DNA of 63,956 nucleotides, filler included, from Rhabdomonas costata (GCA_019059605.1; 58 parts of 58 records of this genome joined end to end with filler, not necessarily neighbours in it), one strand, 5' to 3'; shown: positions 50,301 through 63,750, counted from the first letter of the whole stretch. A program made the numbers and translations. The notes: generated by a model from the sequence alone, not told the origin.

Positions 50301-53300
50301 TATTGCCAGAGCGCATATTAAAAGCTGTGGCCAATACCGCCGACAGCGCTCACCGTGCGCTGGAAGAAATCCTGGGTCACAGCCTGCCACACACAGCTTG
50401 GCTTCTGAGCTGTGGGCTCCCATCCAACTCCACCCCACTCCTCCCCTCCTTCGATAAGGGATCTTCGGAATTCAGGACCTGACTCACACCCATCACGACC
50501 TTCCTTGCATCAGCTCCAGGGAAAGAAACGTATCCCGTTCACCGAGTTCTGAGATGAGGTAGAGAGCAATTCCAACCGGCTGACCATACCTTGGCGACAT
50601 AGCACGTGGAGCACCCTCTTCCTCTGGGGGAAGCATAACCCGGAGAATGAATATCAAGAAAGTGCGTTTGACCAGAGAAAGCGCGCTTGCAGCTGAAAAG
50701 CGCTCTNNNNNNNNNNNNNNNNNNNNNNNNNNNNNNNNNNNNNNNNNNNNTTAATTAATTAANNNNNNNNNNNNNNNNNNNNNNNNNNNNNNNNNNNNNN
50801 NNNNNNTTGTTTTTGACAGGTTACCGACTTTGCGGCAAGGAATTCTGGGAACGGGTCCCGAATAAACGCGAGAGTGTATTTGTATCTTCTCTCCCCTGGT
50901 TTTTTCAGTGGGATGAAAAATGTTTCGTATTTCTCGGGTGTGGTTGTCGTCGATGACTGTCACCCTCCGTCTTGTAAGTACAGAAGAATCAGAAACAGGC
51001 GTGAAGGTATTGCATCTTTAAGGTGCAACTTCCTGTCGCCAAAGAAACCCTCTCCGTTCTTTTTAGCTCTGTACGCTATCCATCCCTGGAGCCATTGGGA
51101 TGGTTTCCAGCCTGGTTCAATTGAGTACGTAAAAAGTGGTTGTACTTTGTTATCCTTCCTTTTTTTGTTGGAGGTGCAACTCCCAACTGTGGGATCGTTT
51201 GTTACATTCCGATCGTTTCTGCTTTGAGCAAGGGATCGATTCTACATATGTTTCTGCTGATGATGTGGCTACACATCGAATCGAAACAGAACGGGGGCAC
51301 AAAGAATCAAACAAATGGAGGGGCACAAGGGAACGGGCAAACAGGCAGTTCATGGCGAACGTCCCGCACAGACTCCAGCAGGGGTGGAGCGTTGGGAAAC
51401 CCATGACACAATGTCGCTGGACCACCTTCAGCCCAAACTGGTTCTCCTATGGCAGTTGGTGGCTTTGGAAGAAACACCGCCCTGGACTGGAGAGAAATAC
51501 AACTGCCCCGCGCCAAAGCCACCAGAGAAGGGCCACTTTTTCAAATATAGCGGGTGGAAGGAAGGCTGGGAATGCTTTGCCCGCTTGGCACCATGGCGAA
51601 GCACCCCATCTGACAAGATCCAGGCGCAAGCCCCCAAACGGGACAAGCCCACTGAGTTACATACGTCCTCAATCTGGACGTGAAGCCGCGAAGCCCCTAC
51701 CGCCAAGCGCATGGTACGCAAACTGGCCCGTGCGTTCCTTGAGCACGCGCGCACAGGGGCAAGCGAGCGAGAGATCCCCCGAGCACCACCTTAAGGTAAT
51801 TCCGCTGCATNNNNNNNNNNNNNNNNNNNNNNNNNNNNNNNNNNNNNNNNNNNNTTAATTAATTAANNNNNNNNNNNNNNNNNNNNNNNNNNNNNNNNNN
51901 NNNNNNNNNNTGTTCCCCCCCATTTTAGAAAATGTGGGTGTGCTTATCATGCGGCAGCCCATTCACTCCCGTCGAAAGGGATCCAATGTGCTGGAGCCCT
52001 GAAGCCGAACCTTTGGAAGGTGAAAGACAGATCAGGATGGTATAGCTCTGATGCCTTTCACAGTGTCCACGGTGCAGTGGTCTGGTGGGGGGGGGTCCAG
52101 ACGTGCTCGCCAGTCTCCGCCGCGGCCTCGGACTCCCCTTCGGGCACCAAACGACCCCTGTCGTACAGATTTGTTGCAGGTATGCCCACCCCTCCCCTCC
52201 TTCATCGTCTTCATCGGCCCTCAGTTTTTGTGGTTCCAAATTTTCATCTGGAGCGAACGCTCAGGCTCTGTTCCATCGCGGTTGAGTAGTTTTGTTTGGC
52301 ATAGCTTTCCTTTTTTTTACTCCCCAATCATCAATCTATACGCGACGCTTTTTCAGTCGAAATTCAGGTAATGCTTCCAATTGCCGATGGGCATCCACAG
52401 GGCAGTTTTCGTTCGCTCTGGCGTGGCCAGTCGATGATGGTGTGTTCTGAGGTTTAAAGCACACCATTCGAGGCACTCCAGACCGCGTTTCATCATGCTG
52501 TCCTGACGACGCTTGTAACATGAACTCTCTTTCACTTCGACACACCTCTTGTTCCTCCAGGTACACATCACCTCAACTGCACGTCTGCTCCTTTTTTGCA
52601 CCACACCAAAATGTCACTGCATAACCCTTCAGTCCCAGTGGTCGTGGCAGCAATGCGATCTCTAAGCGAATTGAACTGTATCACGACAGAAGCAAAGCTG
52701 AAAGCAGGGACCCCAAAGATGGAGGAAAGCGAAGGTGTCCCCATCATACGTCCACGTGTGGGGACACGAAAAACGATCAAAAGAAAGCACTAGGAACCTC
52801 ACCTTTTCTTTCCTGTACAGAGCTTCAGCGCAGCCCAGCCTTCCCTTCGGTGTCCCGGGCCTCCCCACGGCTTCCCCTGCGGCCCGTGGCGGTGGCAGGC
52901 TCCCCCACCCAACCNNNNNNNNNNNNNNNNNNNNNNNNNNNNNNNNNNNNNNNNNNNNTTAATTAATTAANNNNNNNNNNNNNNNNNNNNNNNNNNNNNN
53001 NNNNNNNNNNNNNNTGTTTGGCGGTGGTGATCCGGGAGCGGGGCAGCCCACAGCGGGCCTCGATGGTATGCAGGGGAAGACGCGAGACCTCCACGCTGCG
53101 GGACAGCCGAGCCTGGGGAAAAGTTTGTGTGCGTGAGTGGGAAATGACTGTGGGTGGGGAATTGTATGCTTACGTCGGAGCACCATAAGAGAGAAGCCGA
53201 GGAAGTGCGGAAGGTACACACCCTTACGGATGCTAACTGAAGCAAGCTCTGCTCGAGGCAGTTGCATTAGCGAACAAAAACCCTGTTGAAGACCCTGACA

Positions 53301-54637
53301 GAGGGCGGGCAAGGCCAAATGCCAATGTGTATGGAAGAAATGTCAGTGCAGAAGAAGGGATAAAGGTGGTGGGTGCCTGGTTGGCACGAGCGCTGAGCTC
53401 GGTGGGGCTGAGCTGGTAGGTCACCTCGAAAGGAGCGTCCAGGATAAAAACAGGAGTAGTGAGAGTCGACGGGGACGTCGCCGGGGTCACGGGCCCACAC
53501 GCAGCCTGAAGACCATTAAAAATGTTCACATTGGCGAGTAGGCAGACAAAAATGAAAGAGAAAGACATGAAGAGCTGAGCGAGGCCTCCTCCCTTTACTC
53601 CCACCCTTTCCTCCGAATTTTTGTTGTAGCAGGAAGTAACCATCGGGAGAGATTTGAGAATGAGAATGATTGGTGAGGAGTGAGAAGGAGAGTAGGCGGG
53701 TAACCGAGCCGTGCAAACATCCCACAACCTCCTGGACGCGACCCTCTCATTCATCTTCCTCTGCGTAAATTCCGGGGCACCGAAAAGCAAAGAAGGTTAC
53801 CAGCCCCACCCCAACCGCAGGACTTTTTTCCTGCAGGTGCTGTAGGTTGGTGTTTCCGAGTTGCTGTAAAGAAATGGCCACAGCAGAGGTTCCCAGACCT
53901 TCAGACACAAGCACGGCAAACCTCCGCGGGTCTGCGCTGGGTCTGGACGAGAGTGAAGGTCCCGAGGTGGGGCACGGACACCCCGTGCCGGCGCCGCAGG
54001 GTCTCCCCCACCAAAAACNNNNNNNNNNNNNNNNNNNNNNNNNNNNNNNNNNNNNNNNNNNNTTAATTAATTAANNNNNNNNNNNNNNNNNNNNNNNNNN
54101 NNNNNNNNNNNNNNNNNNGTGGGGGTGGGGCTGTTTGTCGGGAGGGCAAATAGCACCCATGTCAGTAGAGCTAGTAACAAAGACCTGAGCGACGCCTCCT
54201 GGGTAAGGTAAACTTCCCCACCCACTCGCGCCAAAGGGTATTTTTAGAGGGGTTCCTCTGGGTAAGTTCGGGGCGGACTGGAATATGGGCGCCGTGGAAC
54301 AGGTTTATTCTTGAAGGCTCGGGATGTGTTGAGCCACCCAATACCTTGGGTGCTGGATAATGAAGGTGCATTTTTGTGAAAGGGAGGGAGATGTTACCTG
54401 GCCTGGTGGACGTTATTATGTCCCACTGGCTAAATAATGACGAAAGCAACAACATCTGGTTTTTGGCACTTCTAACAAAAAAGCGCTTTAAGCGGATGCA
54501 TAAGCCTACTAAATTCTGAGTTTGCGGATGTATGTTATTATTATGTTACTATTGCAGCAGCGCAGTCGTCAGTGAAGTTGAAGTTCCCTTGAAGTTCCCA
54601 AAGTTGATGGGTTCAAATCGAGTGCAGAATGGTGCAC

Positions 54638-54880
54638 CGGGTTGTCCTCCATCATCTTCCTCAGGAACTTCTGCATGGCGTGAGAGGTGAGCTTCTCCTC
54701 GAGCTTCCCGAAGTACGGGATCAGGCCCGAGGGCATCGGCACCACCGCGGGGTACAGCGAGGAGGGGATGTACGATGGCTGCAGCACAAACCCCACCATC
54801 GGGACTTGCAACACCTCGCTGACGATCATCGCGATGCTCAGCATGGTGATTCCGTAGATCAGGAGGTCAGGCTTCAGGAT
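54638..54880 (-). CDS. Sterol glucosyltransferase-like GT-B glycosyltransferase exon
   Basis: KPDLLIYG......MIVSEVLQVPMVGFVLQP..IPSSLYP resembles the UGT51/80 N-domain (D..I......h.AE.L.iP.....tmP..pT..yP). AG/GT borders are present. Confidence 0.6.
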
Positions 54881-55800
54881 CTGCAAGGGAAGCAGCAACC
54901 AGCGACGTAGTTTACCCCTTTCCAACAAGAGAACAGCCGCGGCACTAAACTAGCTTCGGGGCTCACTCTGAAGCTATAAGACATATGGCGGCAGCGGGGA
55001 GATGAATAATAGCAGTTTCTTCACTTGCACCGACCCTTTGGCTTTGCTTTGGATTGGGTTAAATAGCCACTTGTGGTTGGGGCGGGGGGCAAAAACACTA
55101 CAACAACAGCAGCAACACCACANNNNNNNNNNNNNNNNNNNNNNNNNNNNNNNNNNNNNNNNNNNNTTAATTAATTAANNNNNNNNNNNNNNNNNNNNNN
55201 NNNNNNNNNNNNNNNNNNNNNNGTTGTGGGGTGGGGAACTTGCATTGTTTGAAGTTGTGCGCTTCTTTAGTTTATGATTAAGAGCCGGGGTTTTGACGAC
55301 TCAAAGCTAGTTTTGCGTTGTTAGTCCTTTGTGGTGACCTTTCACAAGCTCAGCCCGGGTCTGTGCGTACGTGTGACAGTGAGGTTTTCGCGATTCGCAC
55401 CCCTCCCCCCCCCTCGGGAAGCGGCCTGGAAGAAACTTTCCTCCGTAGATAGGTCCTCTCTGCAATAACCTGTGTGGGGTCTTGTGTTGGCGCCATCCGT
55501 CGTTCCCCGTGGTTAACAGCAAAAAAAAACTATGCGATTCCAGGTCGTCAAGAAGGGCGAGGGGGCTCTTTCCTTCCCTTCATCCATAAAACACCACCAG
55601 GTCTTAGAAAAGTGCCGAAACGTTCGTCGCATTTTATCATGCGCTATTATGGGTAGCTGAGGGGGTCGTTTTCTTTTATCTTTTTCTTGTTCTTATATTT
55701 TTTTGGACGCGTACTTTTGTACGACAGGGCACATTATCTGCCTCGTAACGGTGACCCCGCTAACTACATCACACTGGGAGCATCCCCCGTTTTTAAATAG

Positions 55801-56199
55801 TCCCCAAAACCGCTGCGGCCAAGCCCGCTGCCCCTTTGTGTCGGAACTTCTCCCGGACTGGGATGTGCCCGTACGGGAAGAAGTGCCGGTTCCTTCACCA
55901 GCGGGGCACGCCTCCATCGGGAGGGCCGGCCGTGGCTGCCGACACCCCCTCCCCGGTCGAAGGAATCGGTGCGCGAGTTCTGGGGAGAGCTTCTCGTTCC
56001 TTTAGTGGCGGTCTGTGTGCCCTTGCTAATCCTGTCATCGTTGGTTCTCATTCATCTCAGGCACTTGAGGCTCTATACGAAGTTTATGAACGTGCTGTCT
56101 GACGACACCCGTAGGGAAGAGATGTATACCCTCCCAGCAATACTGCCCTTTTCCGAGGCCGCAGATGCGCGTGCTGCTTTCTTGAAGCTCATTTCACAG
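55801..56199 (+). CDS. CCCH zinc-finger protein, two putative exons
   Basis: LCRNFSRTGMCPYGKKCRFLH is C-x8-C-x5-C-x3-H. A second AG/GT-bounded exon lies at ~56061-56199. Confidence 0.7.
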
Positions 56200-56376
56200 G
56201 TACCCACACCACCAACACACCCAACCNNNNNNNNNNNNNNNNNNNNNNNNNNNNNNNNNNNNNNNNNNNNTTAATTAATTAANNNNNNNNNNNNNNNNNN
56301 NNNNNNNNNNNNNNNNNNNNNNNNNNGGTTGGGGTGTTTGGGGCGGAGGCCAGCCCACGGCACGGCCGGAGCGGAC

Positions 56377-56475
56377 GGATGGGGTGGGGACGTGTCATGG
56401 GGGGAGGGGGCATGCTGATTGTTTCAGGTTAAAATCCGACTGTTTAACGAAGCTACGCGTTTAACGTTCAACGCC
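56377..56475 (+). repeat. Dispersed repeat copy; a homologous copy lies on the - strand at ~58325-58421
   Basis: GGATGGGGTGGGGACGTGTCATGG..CATGC..CTGTTTAACGA versus (reverse complement) GGATGAGGCGGGGACGTGCCATGG..CATGC..CTGTTTAACGA on a different contig. Confidence 0.65.
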
Positions 56476-57706
56476 CCCCCCCCAAATTCGAAAGCCCCAG
56501 TTCCATCCATCTCGCACTGTCTCGCAAAAGGTTTCGAACGGACCTACTCCGTTTGACCCAAGCCATGCCCCCTTGGTATGATCCTTTGGTTTTCATGAAT
56601 TGCCAGGGCTAAAAAATGAAAAACTGCAGAGGAAGAGACGTGGCGGTTTCGAACCTGCTAAAAATGGACCTGCTACCACTGAAAATTCTGTTAACCACTG
56701 TTAAGCACTGAAAATTCAGTCCTCACGGCGATCACAATGCAAAAATTCAACCATACACAACAAATGCATGCACACCACCAAACGCGCAGGTTCCCAAAAA
56801 CAAAAACATGGCCATCGCAAAGGAACATTCAGCCACTCACACAAATGCAGTAAAAAGAATACTCACGGTACCTGCACCCGGCCAGAGAATCCGTTCTCAA
56901 TGGAGGTGTTTGACTTGAATGTTAGCTCCGCAAAGCGCAACAGAATCTCCACAAACGCCCGGGGATGAAGCCCTGCCTGCGAGTGCGACATCGGAAAAAT
57001 CAGCGCAGAGGTTCAGACCGCTCGTCCCGAAATGCTATGGTCCATTCTGACCTATGAGGATTATGAGGATATCAGGAACTGAAACCTTCAGAGGTTCCCC
57101 CAGCTGACAGCGTATGGAATTTCGAGCCCAGGGATTAGCACAAAACACAGAACATTGTTCAAACAAAATTGCGAAGATCGCAGAAAGCGCAAAGGAGGAA
57201 TAAAGATTGTAGTATCCGCTGAGAGCGGTTCAAGCAAAATTGACCAAAAGCCCAAAGCTAGTTGTGAAACAGGGTCCAATACCCCGTACACTCCTCCCCA
57301 GACTTCTTTCGCTGCACCTCAACCCCCCACNNNNNNNNNNNNNNNNNNNNNNNNNNNNNNNNNNNNNNNNNNNNTTAATTAATTAANNNNNNNNNNNNNN
57401 NNNNNNNNNNNNNNNNNNNNNNNNNNNNNNTTGTGTTGTTGTTGTCAGTGTCCGCTTGAGCCTTTAACCCGTTTGACCTCAGAACCCCAGAATTACCTGG
57501 GGTAGCGGTCGAGGCCCATTCTTGCAACTTGCGATACGGCAATACTCGTGAGAGCTCTCGGCCTCAGCCTGCTCCATGTCCACAGCATATGATTCCCATG
57601 AAGGCCCATTTCTTGGCCCTCTCTGAGAGAGGAGAGCTGCTAGATGCTCCGTTGGGAATGACGCCAACAAAAACTCTCTTGCTGCTGTTTTGCCTTACCA
57701 CAGTAG

Positions 57707-57809
57707 ATTAGGCAGTTGGTTTTCAGGGGATTGTATATTGTTGATGCCAACTTAAAAGTCAGATTTTCTCACATGTACTCTGAAGGAGGCGATATTTCCG
57801 AGGGAAAGG
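57707..57809 (+). CDS. Thioredoxin-fold (peroxiredoxin/AhpC-like) exon
   Basis: LVFRGLYIVDANLKVRFSH resembles the R(G/A)lfiiD..g.vr strand of the Prx family. The match is short. Confidence 0.3.
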
Positions 57810-59327
57810 GTTGGTTGCGTATTATCATTTTACAGAAGGACGATGCTCCACCCGCGGGCATGCATGTGAGCGACCCGGAAGCCGAACGAAGCAGCAGCAG
57901 CAGTGACGGCGTGCCCCCCTCACGGACGAGCGCCACTCAGGTATCTCATAATACCCGGTATTTTGGTCTTAGCCAACTAGTTACACATATTTATGTTACT
58001 TTCAACCCTTGTCACTTTTTTCAGGGACCTTGTTTCCCCGCTTGTTTGTTGCCAATTTGTGTTGCCGTACTTGCTGAAATCACAATACAAAGCGGTGAGC
58101 GTAAGTGGAGGAGAGATTGAGTGAGAGCAACACCTCATTGAAACGGAACACAGAACATAATTCGTGAGGGTGCTCTGAGATGTCATAGGTGTTTTCCACA
58201 TGGCTTCTTTTGAACGGGCACCAGAGGCGCCGGACACCTCCGCACACTCACACATTACCTCAAACCCCATCAGTCTAGTGAGTATAGGCACAGTTAACGT
58301 AACCCTCGTGCAAAGAAAATGACGCAGTTAAACTTTAACGCATTTTAACGTTTAACATCGTTAAACAGCGAATGTCAATTTTTTGCATGATCCCCCTCCA
58401 TGGCACGTCCCCGCCTCATCCACCCACACCCACNNNNNNNNNNNNNNNNNNNNNNNNNNNNNNNNNNNNNNNNNNNNTTAATTAATTAANNNNNNNNNNN
58501 NNNNNNNNNNNNNNNNNNNNNNNNNNNNNNNNNGGTGTTTTGGGGGAATGCAATGGAGGGCGTTTTGACAAATGCGGAATCGCTCAGTTCGGATTGGGTC
58601 GAGGGAATCGAGCTACTAGAGCCGAGCTTGGACTGCCCCACTCTGATGATGGGCCTGCGGGTGAGCACCCTGCTGCCTGGGGTGCCTCTGCTGCTCTCTC
58701 TGGCGTACCTGCGGAACTCCCGCTTCCTGGCTCCTCACCTGGTCGACAAGCAAGGCGTGGCCCCTCCGCGGATTTTGGAGCACATCCTTTCGGGGCTCCT
58801 TTGAGATAGGAATGGAGTAGCTGGGATAGATCTGGGGGCAAATCAGAGCTGCATCCGATTTATGATATGAACAACTTTGGGGTGGCGAGAGTTCAGTTGG
58901 GTCAGGCGGGGCGCCGTCAGCTGTAGGATTCCTGCTGATCTTGGCGCAGTCCGCGGGCTATCTGTTTCCTATCATTCTGCGGGAGGTGTAGCAAAGATTC
59001 CTCTTGATGCATATGTGGGCTTCCCTTCCGGCCCTCGGCCTCTCGGTTGCATAGCTGGGCGGCGTGAAAGCGCGTTTTTCTGCACCCCCATATATTACGA
59101 TGTTTCTTTCCACCGCTTTCCCAGTCACCCTTTCCTCTCTTCTGTTTTCTTGTAGTATGGGTGTGTGGAGGAGGGCAGAAATGCTGTTTTAATACGCCAG
59201 TGAGGTTTCCGAAGAACCCCTCCCAGAGGGGTGACTCGTACCCCGATAAGCGGTCAGGCAGCGGGGAGTATTTGAAAGCCCGCTGGAGGCAGAAAACCCT
59301 TCACCAAAACCATACCTTGTGCGCGAA

Positions 59328-59354
59328 GTGTGTGTGTGTGTGTGTGTGTGTGTG
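59328..59354. repeat. (GT)n microsatellite
   Basis: About 13 GT units, visible directly. Confidence 0.95.
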
Positions 59355-59640
59355 GGAAACGGCACCTCGCGTTCTGTTGTAGATGTTCATCTATGTTCTA
59401 TGGGTTTTTATGTTCTTTTTCCGATTGCTGTTCTGCCACGGCCCTCGGATTGTGGGGGTCGGTATGACATTTTTAAGTGTGGGGTGGGAATTCACGTGTG
59501 CCGAAAGACAACTCTGTCTGTGGTAATGAAACCACACACCNNNNNNNNNNNNNNNNNNNNNNNNNNNNNNNNNNNNNNNNNNNNTTAATTAATTAANNNN
59601 NNNNNNNNNNNNNNNNNNNNNNNNNNNNNNNNNNNNNNNN

Positions 59641-60112
59641 TGTTGGGGGGTACCACGCCAAGAGGGGTCTCCCAGGCATCGGGGGAGACGGACACGGCTG
59701 GACCGATCCCACGGTGGTTTGTTCCCAGCAGCAGCACCGTCAATGGGGTAGCCCGGCAGGGAAGCAGAGAAGACAGTGTGCGGAAACCGTGGGCGTAAAT
59801 CGGGCCCGAGTCCATATAAGCACCGTGAGGGTGCATGAGAATCACGGGGCATATGGGTTCAGACCTCAAGGAGGAATGCCGCAGCAAGGGAGACGGGACC
59901 GGTTGATTGGAAGAAGATGACTGACTGGCGCTGAGCTGGGCATCCAGGGTTGAAGTTCTTGCAGATGACCGACGGCTAGGCCCAAAGCGAGGGTCAGCGT
60001 AGCTCTGCAAGATGGACCCAAGCAGTGCCTGCGGGGCGGAGTCGTAATACAGTACTAACGGCTTTCTGATCTTAGTGGCTTGAAAAGACATCGCCGCATC
60101 GGTCCAAGCCAT
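59641..60112 (-). CDS. Memo/AmmeMemoRadiSam protein B family protein, N-terminal part
   Basis: IRKP...YY....L...I...Y.DPRFGP, PHGAYMDSGPIYAHGF and TVLLLGTNHRGIGPAVSVSPDAWETPLGVV match Memo-family motifs (PHAGY.YSG..AA; LGPNH.G.G; WETPLG). The start is ATG 60112 or 60091. Confidence 0.85.
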
Positions 60113-63040
60113 GTACAGACGAAGTACGTAGCTGCAAAAAAAATGCCACCCACCAAGACAACACAATGGAACATCTACATACGGGGTATGCCGCGAACTG
60201 TGGCTGCTTGCATAGAATTTTAGCACCCCTGTTTTGTAATGTCAATAGGATGGATCGTGTAATTTCTTCTTCGTTTCAATCTATGCCTTCTTGATCGTCT
60301 TGATCTTCATGACAATATCGAGAGGGAACGGCGGTTGAGCCCGGCAAAGCTGAAAATGCATCGAAATACACCGCGCTAAACAGAAGCGTAATGTTCCAGA
60401 ACAAAGAGAGTCACTCAAGCCATCCATCCATGTGACACTTCTTGCTGAGCAACCCTGCCATCGTTCCGACATGCTCCATTCCTCGTTTCCCGCGTTTCTG
60501 TCAATTCACGAATCGCGCACCCCTCATTCCTAGATAGCACCTCAGAACTATCCCAATGAAGGGCTCTTTCCAGAAACCCCTCCAACTCTTCCTCTCTCAA
60601 TCAGCTCTCCATGACTGGGACACCGCCGTGGCCCCCCACCAACANNNNNNNNNNNNNNNNNNNNNNNNNNNNNNNNNNNNNNNNNNNNTTAATTAATTAA
60701 NNNNNNNNNNNNNNNNNNNNNNNNNNNNNNNNNNNNNNNNNNNNGTTGGTTTTTCTGTGGTGGTTGCTCTTTCGTCTCACCGGAAACAAAGAGCAAAAGG
60801 GGACGTCTTCAGTAGAAACAAAACCTGCACATGACGACAGCAGCAAAGCGTGTCTCTCCGATGGTTTGGCGTGGAAAGGCACGAACGTCAGTCTGGCACC
60901 TCGAGGGCTTGGCTTCGCGTAGTCTGATGCGTTGTTTCTACTGACGAAGTCCCCCCCTCCTTTTTCCCTTTGTTTCGTCTTGCGTACGCGCTGCTGCGAG
61001 ACATTCACGGCAACCACCAGAGAAAGATAGGTCGCCTTCAGAATGCGGTGCTTTTGGGTTGTCAGCGGAGGTGGAGTTTCAAAATATGACGCAGAAAGCA
61101 GTTTGTCTGCTTCTTTGGTGCTCTTCTTGGAGGGGGTGACTTTAAAAGAGCTCGCCCGATTAACTGACCGCACATTATGGGCAAGAGAGTTTTTCCTTTT
61201 GCATCTCGCTTTAAATGCTGCGGGCAGGTTGCACCTTACCCGCCTTATCCACCCCTCTTTTATGCAGGGGATGTCGGAGACCCTCGCCCACCTGAGCAAC
61301 GCGTATGTGCTCACAGCCCGGTCAATGTTTTTCTTCCCTGATGCTGCGTTGGTTAATCGCTGCTGCTTGTATTCGGGACTTGAAACGACCTGATTTTTGG
61401 AGGAAGTTTACTTCTGTGAGAACGGTGAACATGCCAAACCCGAAGCGGGAGTTGTTTCCTGCATGTGTGCATGTGCTATTCCCGCACGTGATGCTGAAGC
61501 CTAGGTCAGCCCGAGGGAGGGATTTTAGTTCAATGTTTCATTTTGGGGCAGCATGCAACATACAATTCATTCAGTGATGCACCGTTGCCAAGTCTTCGTT
61601 TGTTCTACCTCACAGAAAGCCACCGCGTGCTTCGACAGTGCACTCCGATTCAGCAGACCAATAATACCAAATTCGAAGCGAAACGTTGACCAAACCTGAA
61701 ATGAACCTTTTGCGGATTTCTCAAAGGAATCAGTGACCAACCAAACCCNNNNNNNNNNNNNNNNNNNNNNNNNNNNNNNNNNNNNNNNNNNNTTAATTAA
61801 TTAANNNNNNNNNNNNNNNNNNNNNNNNNNNNNNNNNNNNNNNNNNNNAGTTCAACCCAGAGGCCATCCACCACCAGAGGGTAGCGCTTGAGTTCACCTC
61901 TCGACCCCTGGTAAAACTGGAGCCCAAGCGGTAAAGGTAAAGATCGGCGGGGGTGTTGGGAGAGAATTCGGGCTGCCTGCTGGCGTGCTTGTGTGCATCT
62001 TGAGCATGGGATAGAACAAGTGGTGGATTTCTTCCCTTCGTGGGTTCGCCCAGGGAGGGAAGGGTTGATGTAGCGCGCTTCTGTTGTCTTGCTTTTATGT
62101 CTGTGTTGTGCTTTGTTTGTTTGGCTGTGCTAATATGATTGTGAACAGGCTCCTGGCGGAGATGTTGGGTCCGCATCTGTGTGAGAGGGCGCTGCTTTTG
62201 CTCTTGAGTTCTGCTCAAGAGTTCGGGATCGGTTCACGTTGGCGAGCGGTGGCAGTAGGGGTGGTGTGGATTGCTGCGGTGATCAAATTCGCAGTGTGCA
62301 GGTCTGAAATAGCCAAACCTTTACTTATATATTTTATGGCAGTGGTGGTGGATGATGGGTGACCTCGGGTTTTCCCCCGCGTTAGATCCGGTTTCTCTGT
62401 AATGACCCGTATTTCTTTCTCGAAATTTCCCTAAAGGTGTTGCCGGGGGTAGGGTGGTTCCACGTTCCGCCCCCATCCACCCACCAATGCTGCAACACGA
62501 ACGGAAACAGCAATGGAGTAGCAGCTCAGGATGACTGAGGATGAAATTCAGAAGACAGCTTTTGTCACGCTCTCCTAAAGCTGAGGCATCGACTCTGAGT
62601 GCAAAGCAAGTGCTGTTTGTCTGTTATTTTGCCACGCTCAGATTTTTTCTTCTCCCTTTGTGCCTCTGCTCTCTCTTCCCTTCCACTCTCCTCTTTCTAG
62701 AGCTCCCTCCGACTCTCTCTTCCGTTCCTTTATCTCTCTCTCTCTCGCTCGCTCGTTTGCTCCTTCCTATCCCTCGCCTCCAGCAAAAGGAAACCCCGAG
62801 GTCTCTGTCGAGCCCGTTGTGGCGCTTCCCACCGCACCCCTCCCGCTTTGGTNNNNNNNNNNNNNNNNNNNNNNNNNNNNNNNNNNNNNNNNNNNNTTAA
62901 TTAATTAANNNNNNNNNNNNNNNNNNNNNNNNNNNNNNNNNNNNNNNNNNNNGGTTGTGGGGGAATCCCGAGGAGAAAAAAAACAAGAGTCGGACAGGAA
63001 ACGCCATTCAAAGGAAGGACCATTGCAGAAGATCACCTAC

Positions 63041-63750
63041 CTCAAGCGCTGCCTCGGTGCTTCGGACATGAGTGATTTCCACCCCACGCTCCTGCATGGC
63101 CGTCAGGTGGTCCCGCAGGCAGGACTGCTCCAAGTCACGGGTGTCCACCCAAAGCACACGGCGAATGGTGAGGATGCGAAACCTGCCACCGCACTCGAAC
63201 AAAAACTTCTGCGGGTCCGGGCCGTGGTTCGCAGCGCGGGGCACCGCGGACTCCTGGGGGGATGAGCAGTCCACGGGTGACCCCCGCACGGGCTTCTCTG
63301 TGACTCGGATGACGTGCTTGCCTTCCTTGAACCAATCCTCCTCCGCCGATATCCGCTGCTTCGCCAGCTGGGTGCTGCTCCCACTACTGCAAGGCGCAGC
63401 CTCCTTCTCGTTCTCCTCGGGATTCCCCCACAGGGAGCAGATGTTCGACCGTGCGATGATCGCCGTCGAGTTGGCCACTAGGTCCTCGCACCAGGAGTAC
63501 TCGTTGTCCTTGCCGCTGGCCCAGCGGTTGCCCGCGCACCCCTGGATCGCCGCCACAGGGTCCGAGGAGTGGATGTACGCCACCTGCTTCCCCTGCGCCG
63601 CTAGCATCCACGCCAGGGCCTTGGGGTCCCGCTGATGCACCACCACTCGGCACGGGAAGTCGTAATTGTTCCGCAGCAGAATCCTCTCCGTGATGAATTG
63701 AGACGCACCCGAACGGTAGAGGTAAAAGGTGTTGAAGGCTCCCCTCAGGC
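63041..63750 (-). CDS. Large exon of an unknown protein, ending in a receiver-domain-like segment
   Basis: 710-nt AG/GT-bounded open exon with GC-rich codons. It ends in RRVLWVD.....MQERGVEITHVRSTEAALE. Confidence 0.55.
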
